Origin: Calditrichia bacterium
Lineage (GTDB): Bacteria; Calditrichota; Calditrichia; RBG-13-44-9; J075
DNA length: 64,000 nucleotides
NCBI GenBank assembly: GCA_050633245.1
Contig: JBOEGD010000005.1
Span: forward strand, 32,001-96,000
Reading direction: 5' to 3'
The position numbers were made by a program, and so were the translations under genes. Below are positions 38,819 through 48,809 of the stretch, one piece after another (the first letter of the stretch is position 1; each line of letters starts with the position of its first letter). The notes below the pieces were generated by a model, which was not told where the DNA came from, ran no database searches, and was given only the letters and a program-made list of their open reading frames with translations.

Positions 38819-39466
38819 TTAGCCTTCAAGCGTCTCTTCTGGATTATTCAAAAGGCTCTGCAGCCGCTCAAAATACCTTCCCACATGCAGCCCATCCATT
38901 AACGAATGATGTACTTCAACCGATACAGGCATCATTATCTTCAGACCGTCGCTTTCATATTTTCCCATGACAATTTTAGGTATGGAATCTGTCTCATCAA
39001 ACCTACGTGCGTGCGAGAAACTCGTAAAACGAACCCATGGAATGACTGAGTAATGGATTAAATCATGACGATCAACTTCCGGATTGACGTTGGAATGTCC
39101 TTCTTTGAACCGTTTGAGGATTTGCATGGAATCGGTATGGAACGCTCGGAAACCCGGCTGATAGTTGAAGTAGCTGAAACTGAAGGTCTCGTCGGTGTTG
39201 AGAACAGTGGAGCTTGGGTGAATCGTTTCATAAATGCGAACTCTATCTTCTTCTAATCGATAGCGAAAGTTTTCGATTTCATTCGTTACCAGAGTGGATA
39301 AATAAAGCAACGTGATAAAAAATGATAGCTCATGTGCCTGCGTATAGGTAATGGTCTTGCTTATATCAACTTCAGCACACATATTAAAAAATGGATTGTC
39401 ATATTGTTTAAAAAGATGAAAGTGTTCACGGCGTTTCCATTTTTCAATATCCAGGTAATCAGACAT
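38819..39466 (-). CDS. Type A chloramphenicol acetyltransferase family protein
   Basis: WKRREHF, SVIPWVRFTS, catalytic VHHSLMDGLH; GGAGG RBS before ATG 39466. Confidence 0.85.
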   Translation of the reverse strand: MSDYLDIEKWKRREHFHLFKQYDNPFFNMCAEVDISKTITYTQAHELSFFITLLYLSTLVTNEIENFRYRLEEDRVRIYETIHPSSTVLNTDETFSFSYFNYQPGFRAFHTDSMQILKRFKEGHSNVNPEVDRHDLIHYSVIPWVRFTSFSHARRFDETDSIPKIVMGKYESDGLKIMMPVSVEVHHSLMDGLHVGRYFERLQSLLNNPEETLEG

Positions 39467-39543
39467 TATTCTTCCTCCGAGCAAATGAAGTGTTTTCTGA
39501 CAGGTATTTTAAATAATGCTTACAAAAAAAGCATGAGGTTTTT

Positions 39544-40689
39544 GTGAAGCTCGAACAAGTGCTGACTTTTTGTATTGTGATTTCCTTGTTTCCGGTATTC
39601 GGACAGAATAGCATTCGCGTTGATATGGAATTAAACCAAACATATCGACAAACTTTATATCCTGGATGGATTAGTATGCCTGAACGAGATTTTCTTCAGC
39701 AACAAATTGTCTACGGCCCCGATAGTATTATCGTAGCGATAAAAAAGTCTGTTTCCGAAAACAATACCTATTCCATAACCGTCGACGAGGGAAATAACGG
39801 AACTCTGGATGATGATAAAAAAATGATGCTGAAGATTGACTCAACCATTGTGTTTCAGGTTAGGAGATCTTGGAAGAATAAGACAGACAAGGTACTTACC
39901 TATTATTTGGGTTATTTAACGAGTGTAAATAAATCCGCGGTAAAAGTTAGTACCTTCTTTTGGGCAAGTCATTATCGGGCTGAGGGGAAATTGTTAATTA
40001 ATGGGACTGAGTATCTAGTCGCTTTTTTAGATTCTGATGGCAACGGTAAATTCGATAAAAACGATTTCAGAAGCATGACGTCCCTGCAATTCGACACAAA
40101 TAAAGATGGCAAAATATGGGGTAAAGACGAGTATTTTCGCGGGTATCAAACTCTACCATTTGAAAATCAAACTTTCCTTCTCGCGGAGCTCGCAGTAGAC
40201 GGTTCTTACGCGGTGTTTGAGCGAACTGATTTAATTATTCCAAAGGTCGGAGAAAAAATTCCTGGATTTGAACTCACTACAACCGGGGAAAACGTGTTTT
40301 CCGATGAGAGTCTGTTAGGTGAAAACTATTTGTTGGATTTTTGGGCCTCTTGGTGTGCCCCTTGCGTGGCGGCTTTTCCGGAACTTAAACAGTTAGAGAC
40401 GGATTATCGTGATAAGCTTCAGCTTATTTCAATAAACATCGATTCTGCAAAGCGAGTAAATAAGGCGGAGAGCATTATTGAAGAGTATGAACTTCCCTGG
40501 CCGCAGGTTATTCGTAGAAAAGGTAGTGACGATGATTTATGGAAATTATATGGAGGTACGGCCGAAGCTCGCTTTGGTATTCCACTTTATGTCGTGGTTG
40601 ATTCTAATGGTGTGATACAGTATTTGGGAAAAGGTGGTATAAATCAGGTGGAGTTAAAAGCTGCGGTTGCTGCATTGCAAATACCGTGA
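39544..40689 (+). CDS. TlpA-like redoxin with extended N-terminal domain
   Basis: LLDFWASWCAPC, GIP cis-Pro loop; DSDGNG and DTNKDG Ca-loop-like repeats; signal peptide. Confidence 0.85.
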   Translation: MKLEQVLTFCIVISLFPVFGQNSIRVDMELNQTYRQTLYPGWISMPERDFLQQQIVYGPDSIIVAIKKSVSENNTYSITVDEGNNGTLDDDKKMMLKIDSTIVFQVRRSWKNKTDKVLTYYLGYLTSVNKSAVKVSTFFWASHYRAEGKLLINGTEYLVAFLDSDGNGKFDKNDFRSMTSLQFDTNKDGKIWGKDEYFRGYQTLPFENQTFLLAELAVDGSYAVFERTDLIIPKVGEKIPGFELTTTGENVFSDESLLGENYLLDFWASWCAPCVAAFPELKQLETDYRDKLQLISINIDSAKRVNKAESIIEEYELPWPQVIRRKGSDDDLWKLYGGTAEARFGIPLYVVVDSNGVIQYLGKGGINQVELKAAVAALQIP

Positions 40690-40741
40690 TACAACTATTG
40701 AAATAAAATATGTAGTATTGTAAAAATGAAAGAAGGCAAAC

Positions 40742-41950
40742 ATGGTTATTGGCGTTGGCGGTTCCACCGCGGAAAAAGAACTTGGTAAATTATCCGATAT
40801 GACGGCTGGCGTTAAGCCGATTCAATCTGAAGAATTTGAGGCTCGTCTGGCAAAAGCACGAAATCTAATGAAGCAGGAAGGTTTTGCTGCAGTGTATTTG
40901 CATGCTGGTACAAACCTGTACTATTTCACTGGAATGAAGTGGAATGCCTCCGAGCGTATGGTTGGTGTTCTTGTAACCGCTGATGGCCTCGATTATATCG
41001 CGCCTGCTTTCGAGCATGGCACGGTTATGGGATTTATGAAAATCTCAGGAGATTTACACTGTTGGGAAGAACATGAGAGTCCATACGAGCTTTTTGGTGT
41101 TGTTCTTAAACAGCATAATATTCACGATGGCAAGATTGGAATGGATGAGAGTGCGCCCTTTTTTATTACAGATGGTTTGAGGTTGGCAAACCCGGGATAT
41201 TTGTGGGAGAATGCAAAAGCGGTGACTGCCGGTTGTCGCGCGTTTAAGTCTGACAGCGAGATTGCTATTATTCAGCGCGCAAAAGAAATGACGATGGCGG
41301 TTCAAAAGTCAGCAGCAAAAATTCTCTACCCGGGCATCTCCGCTAAAGAAATGGTCGACTTTATCCATGCAGCTCATAAGAAAGTTGGTGCACCCGCAGG
41401 CTCTTACTTTTGCATTATCCTATTTGGTGAAGATACACAGTATCCACACGGTGTCCCCGTGCCGCGGGATATGCGGGAAGGTGATGTGGTACTGGTTGAT
41501 ACCGGATGTCAACTGCATGGCTATATATCAGATATTACCCGAACCTATGTGTATGGCGAACCGACCGATCGGCAGCGCGAGATCTGGGATCTGGAAAAGA
41601 AGGTTCAACAGGCGGCATTTGATGCATCACAGCTTGGGGCATCATGCTCGGAAGTGGATGACGCGTCTAGAGCAGTGTTGGTTAAGGCCGGGCTAGGACC
41701 GGACTATAAGCTCCCTGGATTGGCTCATCGCACCGGGCATGGAACAGGTCTGGACATTCATGAATATCCGTATATAGTGCGTGGAAACTCTACCCTTTTG
41801 GAATCCGGAATGGTGTTTAGTAACGAGCCGATGATCTGCGTGCCGGGTGAGTTCGGTATTCGTCTGGAAGACCACATATATATGACTGATGCTGGTCCGC
41901 GCTGGTTCACGCAGCCAATGAAGAGTATTGATGATCCATTTGGTGAGTGA
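40742..41950 (+). CDS. Xaa-Pro dipeptidase (M24B)
   Basis: VDTG, SDITRT, HRTGHG, HEYP, SNEP, GIRLED. Confidence 0.93.
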   Translation: MVIGVGGSTAEKELGKLSDMTAGVKPIQSEEFEARLAKARNLMKQEGFAAVYLHAGTNLYYFTGMKWNASERMVGVLVTADGLDYIAPAFEHGTVMGFMKISGDLHCWEEHESPYELFGVVLKQHNIHDGKIGMDESAPFFITDGLRLANPGYLWENAKAVTAGCRAFKSDSEIAIIQRAKEMTMAVQKSAAKILYPGISAKEMVDFIHAAHKKVGAPAGSYFCIILFGEDTQYPHGVPVPRDMREGDVVLVDTGCQLHGYISDITRTYVYGEPTDRQREIWDLEKKVQQAAFDASQLGASCSEVDDASRAVLVKAGLGPDYKLPGLAHRTGHGTGLDIHEYPYIVRGNSTLLESGMVFSNEPMICVPGEFGIRLEDHIYMTDAGPRWFTQPMKSIDDPFGE

Positions 41951-41995
41951 ATTTTAAACTTACGTCGTAATCCACCTTAGGCGCACTTCGCTTTT

Positions 41996-42021
41996 GCTCA
42001 GCGGGATAAGTCCCGCTGAGC
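41996..42021. terminator. GC-rich hairpin downstream of the peptidase (terminator or REP)
   Basis: GCTCAGCGGGA-TAAG-TCCCGCTGAGC perfect 11-bp stem. Confidence 0.55.
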
Positions 42022-42159
42022 CTGGCCGGCACGTGAAACGGACTGTATTATAATACCTTTCGATATGAATAGTAAATATTGATCCGTGCAACGATGTCGA
42101 CAAACTTTCGTATGGATTAACAAATTGAAGATGATTAATTCAACGGAGTTCGATACAAA

Positions 42160-42372
42160 ATGATGAGTATGATGGCGAAGTTTTGGCTACGACGTTTTGT
42201 AACCGTTGCAGGAATTGTATGCGCTGCTCTTCTGATAATAGAATTTGCGAAGAATGGTGGAAACGTGGAAATTGGAGCGGTATTAATTTGGGCACTGGTG
42301 AGCGGAGCGATTGCCGCGACGACCGGTACATGGTGGGCGCGTAACAGAGGATGTGGACTTCCTCAGAAGTAA
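42160..42372 (+). CDS. Small two-TM membrane protein
   Basis: Two hydrophobic helices; GGAG upstream. Confidence 0.55.
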   Translation: MMSMMAKFWLRRFVTVAGIVCAALLIIEFAKNGGNVEIGAVLIWALVSGAIAATTGTWWARNRGCGLPQK

Positions 42373-42584
42373 CAGAACTAATGTGTGTCTTCTATATTAA
42401 TGAGGATGTTTTTTGAATCGAAGAAAAGCCCTCCCCGTATTCTTTGTGCTATTCCTACGATTGTATCTTGCTATTTTATTCAGCTTTCACCTTATATACT
42501 TATTTGGGGTGTTGGGTCTTTTTTGAGCTGTGTTTGGGAGTAAAAAATAAAAGTTTTCAAAAAAGGGTGTCTTTTTTATAAAAA

Positions 42585-42787
42585 AGACTGCTCCATTCTG
42601 ACAATGCTCCAGTTGTCATGTTAAAAATAAAATTCAAAATTTTGCGTCTTTTCTATAATATAGTACAGACACTGAAAGTCCGTCAGACTGCTCCATTCTG
42701 ACAATGCTCCAGTTGTCATGTTAAAAATAAAATTCAAAATTTTGCGTCTTTTCCAAAACTGGAGCAGTTCTCAAAACTGCTCCAGTT
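42585..42787 (+). repeat. Repeat doublet (69-bp exact duplication, 100-bp period) followed by a perfect-palindrome variant
   Basis: 42585-42653 equals 42685-42753; then AACTGGAGCAGTT-CTCAA-AACTGCTCCAGTT at 42757-42787. Confidence 0.95.
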
Positions 42788-42828
42788 GGCAAATTCCCTC
42801 AGGTAAAGTTGAAAAACAGGAGATCGCT

Positions 42829-43212
42829 ATGTTCACCCGCACCGGATTTATTCTCTACGTTCGCAAATACCCAGAATGCGTCGCTTTCTATCGCGAGAAG
42901 CTTGAGCTTCCGATTATGTTTAATACTCCGGAAATCACCTGCTTTAAGTTTAATGAAAGTTATCTGATGGTTGAGATGGATGATCAGGTACCGGCACCAC
43001 TGCGCGGAGAGACTTATACCACTTGCTTACGCATGAACGTGCCGAACGTGAAAGCATTCGCAGATGGGTTAACTGCCAAGGGAGTGACGGTAGACTATCA
43101 AAAGCACGAATGGGGAAGCGTGGCAAAGTTTAATGATCCCGACGGTAATCTCTGTGCCTTCAAAGATGATGAAAAATTTGAGCAGCAGGTTGAAAAGGGA
43201 TTGGTTATATAA
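42829..43212 (+). CDS. VOC/glyoxalase family protein
   Basis: CVAFYREKL...WGSVAKFNDPDGN; AGGAG RBS before ATG 42829 (the upstream ORF extension runs through the repeat). Confidence 0.88.
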   Translation: MFTRTGFILYVRKYPECVAFYREKLELPIMFNTPEITCFKFNESYLMVEMDDQVPAPLRGETYTTCLRMNVPNVKAFADGLTAKGVTVDYQKHEWGSVAKFNDPDGNLCAFKDDEKFEQQVEKGLVI

Positions 43213-43665
43213 ATGACCCCATTTCTGCAAATTTCGACTATTAAAGATCTTGACACCCTAGTTCCACTGGTGAAATCCTATCATCAATTTGAAGGAATCA
43301 GCAAAACAAATGAAGAGCGAAATGAAGCTATACTTCCATTACTACAGGCAGACTCGTCCTACGGGAAAGTATACCTTATTCAACTCGGACAAGAAGCTGT
43401 CGGCTATATAGCACTCTGCTATGGATACAGTATTGAATTCGGTGGTCGCGACGCTTTTATTGATGAGTTTTATCTTGTCGAAAAGATACGCGGCAAAAAG
43501 ATCGGAAGTCGGGTGCTTGAACTGATTAAAATTGAGGCTGCCAGGTTAAACATCAAAGCACTACATTTAGAGGTGGCAAATTCTAATCAGAGAGCGAAAA
43601 AGCTGTATCAGTCCTTTGGATTAAAACCTCGCGAACGCTTTCAGTTGCTCTCCTGTGAACTGTAA
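43213..43665 (+). CDS. GNAT N-acetyltransferase
   Basis: FIDEFYL...RGKKIGS, LEVANSNQRAKKLYQSFG. Confidence 0.88.
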   Translation: MTPFLQISTIKDLDTLVPLVKSYHQFEGISKTNEERNEAILPLLQADSSYGKVYLIQLGQEAVGYIALCYGYSIEFGGRDAFIDEFYLVEKIRGKKIGSRVLELIKIEAARLNIKALHLEVANSNQRAKKLYQSFGLKPRERFQLLSCEL

Positions 43666-43691
43666 TCTCTATGACTCTGAAAAGGGAATGA

Positions 43692-44489
43692 ATGACCAGA
43701 TTAAAAGATAAAGTTGCTCTTGTAACGGGAGCATCTCGTGGTATTGGATTGGCGACTGCTCAATTGTTTGCAAAACATGGAGCGCAAGTGATCATGTCCG
43801 ATGTGCTGGACGAGTCGGGGCAGAAAGAAGCAGATGTTATTGGGGCAGAGTACTTACATCTCGACGTTTCTAAAGAAAGTGAATGGCGGCAGGTTGCCGA
43901 AGTCATTGAGAATAAATACGGGCATCTGGACGTATTGATAAATAATGCCGGCATTACCGGATTTCTCGAGGCCTCGGGGCCGCATGATCCTGAAAACCTG
44001 GATATGGCAAGTTGGCAGACAGTTCACGCAACCAATATGGACGGTGTGGCGCTCGGCTGTAAATACGGAATTCGGCTGATGAAGAATTCCTCTTCTGCCA
44101 GTATTGTGAACATCTCATCCCGTTCGGGAATGATTGGTATTCCTGCTGCTGCCGCGTACGCTTCCAGCAAGGCAGCTGTCCGAAATCATACCAAATCTGT
44201 TGCGCTGTACTGTGCCGGGAAAAAGTATCCGATTCGCTGTAATTCACTACATCCGGGTGCTATTCTTACGCCTATGTGGGAAGCAATGCTTGGTGAAGGC
44301 GAGCAGCGCGAGGCTGGTATTAAAGCAGTCTCGGCCGATGTGCCGCTAGGCCGAATGGGCGAGCCGAATGATGTAGCATATGCTGCACTGTATCTTGCCT
44401 CTGATGAGTCAAAATATCTCACCGGCATCGAAATTACAATTGACGGTGGAATTCTTGCCGGAAGTGCCGCTCTGCCACCCGAAAATTAG
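43692..44489 (+). CDS. Short-chain dehydrogenase/reductase
   Basis: TGASRGIG, NNAG, NISS, YASSK. Confidence 0.93.
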   Translation: MTRLKDKVALVTGASRGIGLATAQLFAKHGAQVIMSDVLDESGQKEADVIGAEYLHLDVSKESEWRQVAEVIENKYGHLDVLINNAGITGFLEASGPHDPENLDMASWQTVHATNMDGVALGCKYGIRLMKNSSSASIVNISSRSGMIGIPAAAAYASSKAAVRNHTKSVALYCAGKKYPIRCNSLHPGAILTPMWEAMLGEGEQREAGIKAVSADVPLGRMGEPNDVAYAALYLASDESKYLTGIEITIDGGILAGSAALPPEN

Positions 44490-44550
44490 TCATTGCTTTG
44501 TGGTGCGTCGCGATAGTCGAGACAAGAAACATGAACGATGTGGAGATAAA

Positions 44551-46020
44551 GTGAGCAAAGATCGGCAAGTAATTCTCGTTACCGGAGCAACAGGATATAT
44601 TGGTGGGCGTCTTGTACCAAAACTCCTGGAGCTCGGCTATAAAGTGCGCTGCTTAGTACGCGATGCTTCCAGGCTGCAGGGGCGACCATGGCAGTCTGAG
44701 GTGCAAATTGTAACCGGCGACGTACTGCAGCCGGAATCACTTGATGCGGCTATGAAACACGTTTCGGTTGCATATTATCTAATCCATAGCTTGGGAAGTG
44801 GAGATGATTTTCACCACCGTGATATGACTGCCGCAACCAACTTCTCTGCAGCTTCTGCCACAGCTGGTGTGCAACGGATTATCTATCTTGGTGGATTAGC
44901 AAAAGAAGACGCCGAACTTTCTGAACATTTACAATCCAGACAGCAAACGGGAAATGCTTTACGTAAAGCAGGTGTGCCGGTAACTGAGTTTCGGGCTGGT
45001 GTTATTGTCGGCTCAGGCAGCTTATCCTTCGAGATGATTCGCTATTTAACCGAACGAGTGCCGGTGATGGTTTGTCCGCGCTGGGTATATACGCGTGCCC
45101 AACCGATAGGTGTTCGTGACGTGCTCGATTATCTAACTGCTACACTAACTGTCGATGAAAGTGTCGGCCAAACAATTGAAATCGGGGAACCCGATGTGAT
45201 TACCTATGGTGAGATGATGACGACTTATGCCGAGGTGCGCGGTTTACGCCGTTGGCTGGTTCCCGTACCGGTGCTGACGCCATATTTGTCTTCTCATTGG
45301 GTAAATTTAGTAACGCCGATTCCCGGTGCTATTGCTCGTCCGTTAATTGAAGGATTGCGTAACGAGAATGTTGTTTCCGATTATTCTGCGCAAGAGATTT
45401 TTCCTGACATTAAACCGGCTAGCTATAAGGTCTCGGTAGAACGTGCCTTAGCAAGGCTTGAGGCAGCCGATATTGAATCAGCCTGGAGCGATGCGCTTAT
45501 CACCAGTCAGGGAGACATTCCACCGGTTGTTTTCACTACTCAGGAAGGTTTGGTTCTGGAGCATCGTCAGCGAGTGGTAGAAACCACTAAAGCGAATGCG
45601 TTTCGTATCTTTACCGGGATTGGCGGCAAACGTGGTTGGCTTTATATGGACTGGGCCTGGAAAATTAGAGGCTTCCTTGATCGCATGATCGGAGGGGTGG
45701 GCCTACGTCGTGGCAGACGTGACCCCGATGAACTGCGTGTCGGTGATGCACTTGACTTCTGGCGCGTAGAAGCAGTTGAACCTGATAAACTTCTTCGTCT
45801 GCGTGCTGAAATGATGGTGCCGGGAAAAGCCTGGTTGCAGTATCAGGTGCAGGATCATAAAAACGATAATGTGCTGTTATTACAAACAGCCTTTTTTGCT
45901 CCCAAAGGATTATTTGGCTTTGTATATTGGTACGCACTTTATCCTATTCATGGACTAATATTTAGCGGAATGATAAACCGAATTTCCAAACTTGCCAAAC
46001 AAGGCCATTTTGATGCCTGA
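44551..46020 (+). CDS. Atypical SDR with C-terminal DUF2867 (YbjT-like)
   Basis: TGATGYIG, SEHLQSR, GDALDFWRV, GKAWLQ; GGAG RBS before GTG 44551. Confidence 0.88.
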   Translation: MSKDRQVILVTGATGYIGGRLVPKLLELGYKVRCLVRDASRLQGRPWQSEVQIVTGDVLQPESLDAAMKHVSVAYYLIHSLGSGDDFHHRDMTAATNFSAASATAGVQRIIYLGGLAKEDAELSEHLQSRQQTGNALRKAGVPVTEFRAGVIVGSGSLSFEMIRYLTERVPVMVCPRWVYTRAQPIGVRDVLDYLTATLTVDESVGQTIEIGEPDVITYGEMMTTYAEVRGLRRWLVPVPVLTPYLSSHWVNLVTPIPGAIARPLIEGLRNENVVSDYSAQEIFPDIKPASYKVSVERALARLEAADIESAWSDALITSQGDIPPVVFTTQEGLVLEHRQRVVETTKANAFRIFTGIGGKRGWLYMDWAWKIRGFLDRMIGGVGLRRGRRDPDELRVGDALDFWRVEAVEPDKLLRLRAEMMVPGKAWLQYQVQDHKNDNVLLLQTAFFAPKGLFGFVYWYALYPIHGLIFSGMINRISKLAKQGHFDA

Positions 46021-47086
46021 CATGCCATATCAAAAAACAATTGCGCACATTAATAAGCAGATTGAAAAAACAGAATCGGCATTATCTAACTGGAATTGTG
46101 AGCCGGAAGAGCTGAAAAGTTATCGCCCGCAAAATGGTGGATGGACAATCAATGAGATTTTGGAACATATTTCTTTAACCAGCTTTTTCCTGCTGAAGAT
46201 CATTCGAAAACACGTTGAGCGCGCTGAAAAACGGGCTGTAGCTGGTCAGACAATCCAGAATGCCGAGAGTGATTTACAAAAGCTTAAGCCGGTTGGTATT
46301 CGCGGAACCTCAAGCTGGATTCGCCCGGAGCATATGGAACCGAGCGGAAGTGCGGACATGAATGTGGTGTATGAAACGATTCGCGAACAGTTTGCGGAAT
46401 GTCGCTCTTTTCTAGAGCGTATGAATAATGGTTGTGGGTCGTTGGCCACCGTTAACATGAGTGTGGGAAACCTTGGTAAGATGGATATGTATCAGTGGAT
46501 CTATTTTCTTACCCTTCACGCCTGGCGGCATCATATTCAGATAAAAGAGATTAACGAAGAATATGTTACTGAACAGATGACTTTGACAGAGGTCTCCGGT
46601 AATGACATTGCAACTCTACAGAAAATAAGTATCGATACCTTCCGCGAGACCTACGAGCAGCATAATGAAGCGACTGAAATAGAAGTGCATATTAAGAAGC
46701 GCTTTAGTAAAAGTGCGTTGTTGGATGAAATACAAAACTCGGAATCTCAATTTTTTCTGGCCTGTTTTGATGCTACACCTATCGGTTACTTGAAGCTGAA
46801 TTGGGGGAGCTCTCAAACAGAACAACAACTTAAAGCGGCTTTGGAAATTGAGCGTATTTACGTTGTGAATGCTTTCCACGGAAAGGGAATTGGAAAAGTT
46901 CTATTTCAAAAGTCCGTTGATATCGCAAAGGCTCGAGGGTTTCGGCAGCTCTGGCTAGGTGTCTGGGAGAAAAACCCGCGGGCGATTCGTTTCTATGAGA
47001 AGAGTGGGTTAAAAGTTTTCGATACACATTTTTTTGTTTTGGGAGAAGAGAAGCAGAAGGACTATTTGATGAAGATGGACCTCTAA
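46013..47086 (+). CDS. DinB-like domain fused to PaiA-like GNAT acetyltransferase
   Basis: WTINEILEH...HAWRH (DinB); IGYLKLN, LEIERIYV, GKGIGK, WLGVWEKNPRAIRFYEK (GNAT). Confidence 0.85.
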   Translation: MPDMPYQKTIAHINKQIEKTESALSNWNCEPEELKSYRPQNGGWTINEILEHISLTSFFLLKIIRKHVERAEKRAVAGQTIQNAESDLQKLKPVGIRGTSSWIRPEHMEPSGSADMNVVYETIREQFAECRSFLERMNNGCGSLATVNMSVGNLGKMDMYQWIYFLTLHAWRHHIQIKEINEEYVTEQMTLTEVSGNDIATLQKISIDTFRETYEQHNEATEIEVHIKKRFSKSALLDEIQNSESQFFLACFDATPIGYLKLNWGSSQTEQQLKAALEIERIYVVNAFHGKGIGKVLFQKSVDIAKARGFRQLWLGVWEKNPRAIRFYEKSGLKVFDTHFFVLGEEKQKDYLMKMDL

Positions 47087-47196
47087 TGACTAATGCGAGA
47101 AATTGGCGTAGTTTTAAAAGCTGCTTAAATTGTTCACGTTGTCCGGTTTTCGTTAATTTTAAAATATTTCAAAATTTCTTCTGTTTTTCAGAATAA

Positions 47197-47325
47197 AGAC
47201 TGCTCCATTCTAACAATGCTCCAATTTGAACTTTTTAAAAAACATTTCAAAATCAGGTTCTTTTTTTATAATAAAGTACACAGGTTCTAGCTCACCAGAC
47301 TGCTCCATTCTGACAATGCTCCAGT
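47197..47325 (+). repeat. Dispersed repeat doublet
   Basis: Cores at 47197-47225 and 47297-47325, 100 bp apart. Confidence 0.95.
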
Positions 47326-47460
47326 CTGACCTCTAAAAAATCAGAATTGAGTACTATTCCCAGATTGAGTCTGTTTTCTAAACTACACTTTTTATGTGAC
47401 TTCAAGCAGCTATTCCAAGCCCCGGCTATACTTCAACCTGATTTTGGAGTTATCAATACT

Positions 47461-47982
47461 ATGCGAAATACGTATCAAAAGCTGGCTCTGATTTTAGGCG
47501 TATCGTTTGCAATTTTATTCTGGATTGCCGTTTGGTTCAAGTTAAACTGGTTCTCGCAGCAGACTACCGGCTACGTTTCACCGCACCTGTTTAGCTATAA
47601 TATTCCTATCACAACAATTTTTGCCGTTTACGCATTAGAACTTTTTTTCTCGGTATTTTTTCCGCCGTCTCGAAAATCACTCTTGGAACATGCGCCTTAT
47701 CTGATTATTTGGGGAGTCGGGTTTGTCCAGCTTTATTTGCGTCTGGTAACGCACTCCATCGATATAAGTGGGCACATGACATGGGCCGGACTGATGGTTG
47801 CTCATAGTGTTTTACGCAAGTTTCCCAGGTGGATGCATCTGTGCGCAATGGCTGTTTGGCTACATGCGGCATATTTCAATTACATACTCTGGGGAACCAG
47901 CAGCGGTGTAAATGGGACTATCTTGGGTATAGTTTTAAGCGTGCTATTAATCGTGTTAAATCGGTTGCGGAATGGCCGATAA
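47461..47982 (+). CDS. Hypothetical membrane protein
   Basis: Five to six TM segments with SGH motif; GGAG RBS before ATG 47461. Confidence 0.65.
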   Translation: MRNTYQKLALILGVSFAILFWIAVWFKLNWFSQQTTGYVSPHLFSYNIPITTIFAVYALELFFSVFFPPSRKSLLEHAPYLIIWGVGFVQLYLRLVTHSIDISGHMTWAGLMVAHSVLRKFPRWMHLCAMAVWLHAAYFNYILWGTSSGVNGTILGIVLSVLLIVLNRLRNGR

Positions 47983-48225
47983 TTGACTTTTGGGAGAAAG
48001 CATGCTTACGTTACTTTGGCTCGTGGCAGCGTTAGGTCTTTTTGCTCTCGCAGTTCGGGCGAGAGATGATCGTTCTTTTCTACTATCTTGTGGCTTTGGA
48101 GTCCTTGGCGCAATTTTTTACACTAATTACCACTCCCAGGTTTAGGAGGCTAAAGTTGATTCCTGCTTAGCATCTATTTAGGGCAAAAGTTCAGAACTTT
48201 ATTCTAAAACGTAAATTCTGAATAA

Positions 48226-48789
48226 ATGATAGATATAGCCATAGCTAAAAGGAAATTTCAGATGTCGTTTTTGGGACTATTAACCATGGTTGCACTAATC
48301 GGTTGTGCGCTATTCTTGCTACTGACATCAAATAATAGTGTCTTTGATGGCGCTGCCGGAGGGCCTGAAAGGACTTCGGGAAATCTAACAAATTTAGAAG
48401 AATATATTGCCAGATTGATTGCAGCGTCTTCGAATGCGGAAGAGATCTCGGATGATACTTTCTTGATAGGAATTGTAAAAGAAACAGATGATTTCTTGCA
48501 GTTTACATCCGATAAGGGTTCCGTGATGATGGATTTCCCGCTTCTTACTGATCGCCAAAAAAGCTACGAGGATAAATTGAAAAGCATCTGCGCAAAGTTG
48601 GGTGTTTTACCTGCTCAGTATATTCACGAGAGCACCACCGAGTTTGGAACAGCTGCTGATGAAGATCGATTGGCATACCACCTTACTGGCGCACCGGAAA
48701 AAATATCTGCCATGATTGCTGTAATTTATACTAACTTGTTCGAAATCGAGCCGGATACCGAAATGCATTTTGTTGCGAATGGCTTTTAG
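48226..48789 (+). CDS. Hypothetical membrane-anchored protein
   Basis: One N-terminal TM, soluble remainder; start uncertain. Confidence 0.6.
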   Translation: MIDIAIAKRKFQMSFLGLLTMVALIGCALFLLLTSNNSVFDGAAGGPERTSGNLTNLEEYIARLIAASSNAEEISDDTFLIGIVKETDDFLQFTSDKGSVMMDFPLLTDRQKSYEDKLKSICAKLGVLPAQYIHESTTEFGTAADEDRLAYHLTGAPEKISAMIAVIYTNLFEIEPDTEMHFVANGF

Positions 48790-48809
48790 AAGCTTTTTGA
48801 CTATATAGG

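Noticed and set aside
42633-42659. TTCAAA-N15-TATAAT within the repeat linkers as a portable sigma70 promoter
   Set aside because: The spacer is short, TATAAT is not kept in all copies and the AT-rich context makes chance matches likely
42585-42787. 29-bp repeats with ~70-bp spacers as a CRISPR array
   Set aside because: Never more than two or three units, the spacers resemble each other and are too long, and no cas genes are present
42718-42828. N-terminal extension of the VOC ORF (and similarly ORFs 226-444 and 47347-47460)
   Set aside because: Translations of the non-coding repeat or its flank; better RBS-supported starts lie downstream where a real gene exists
48020-48040. GCAGCGTTAGG resembling an attC right end
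   Set aside because: No matching upstream RYYYAAC arm or hairpin
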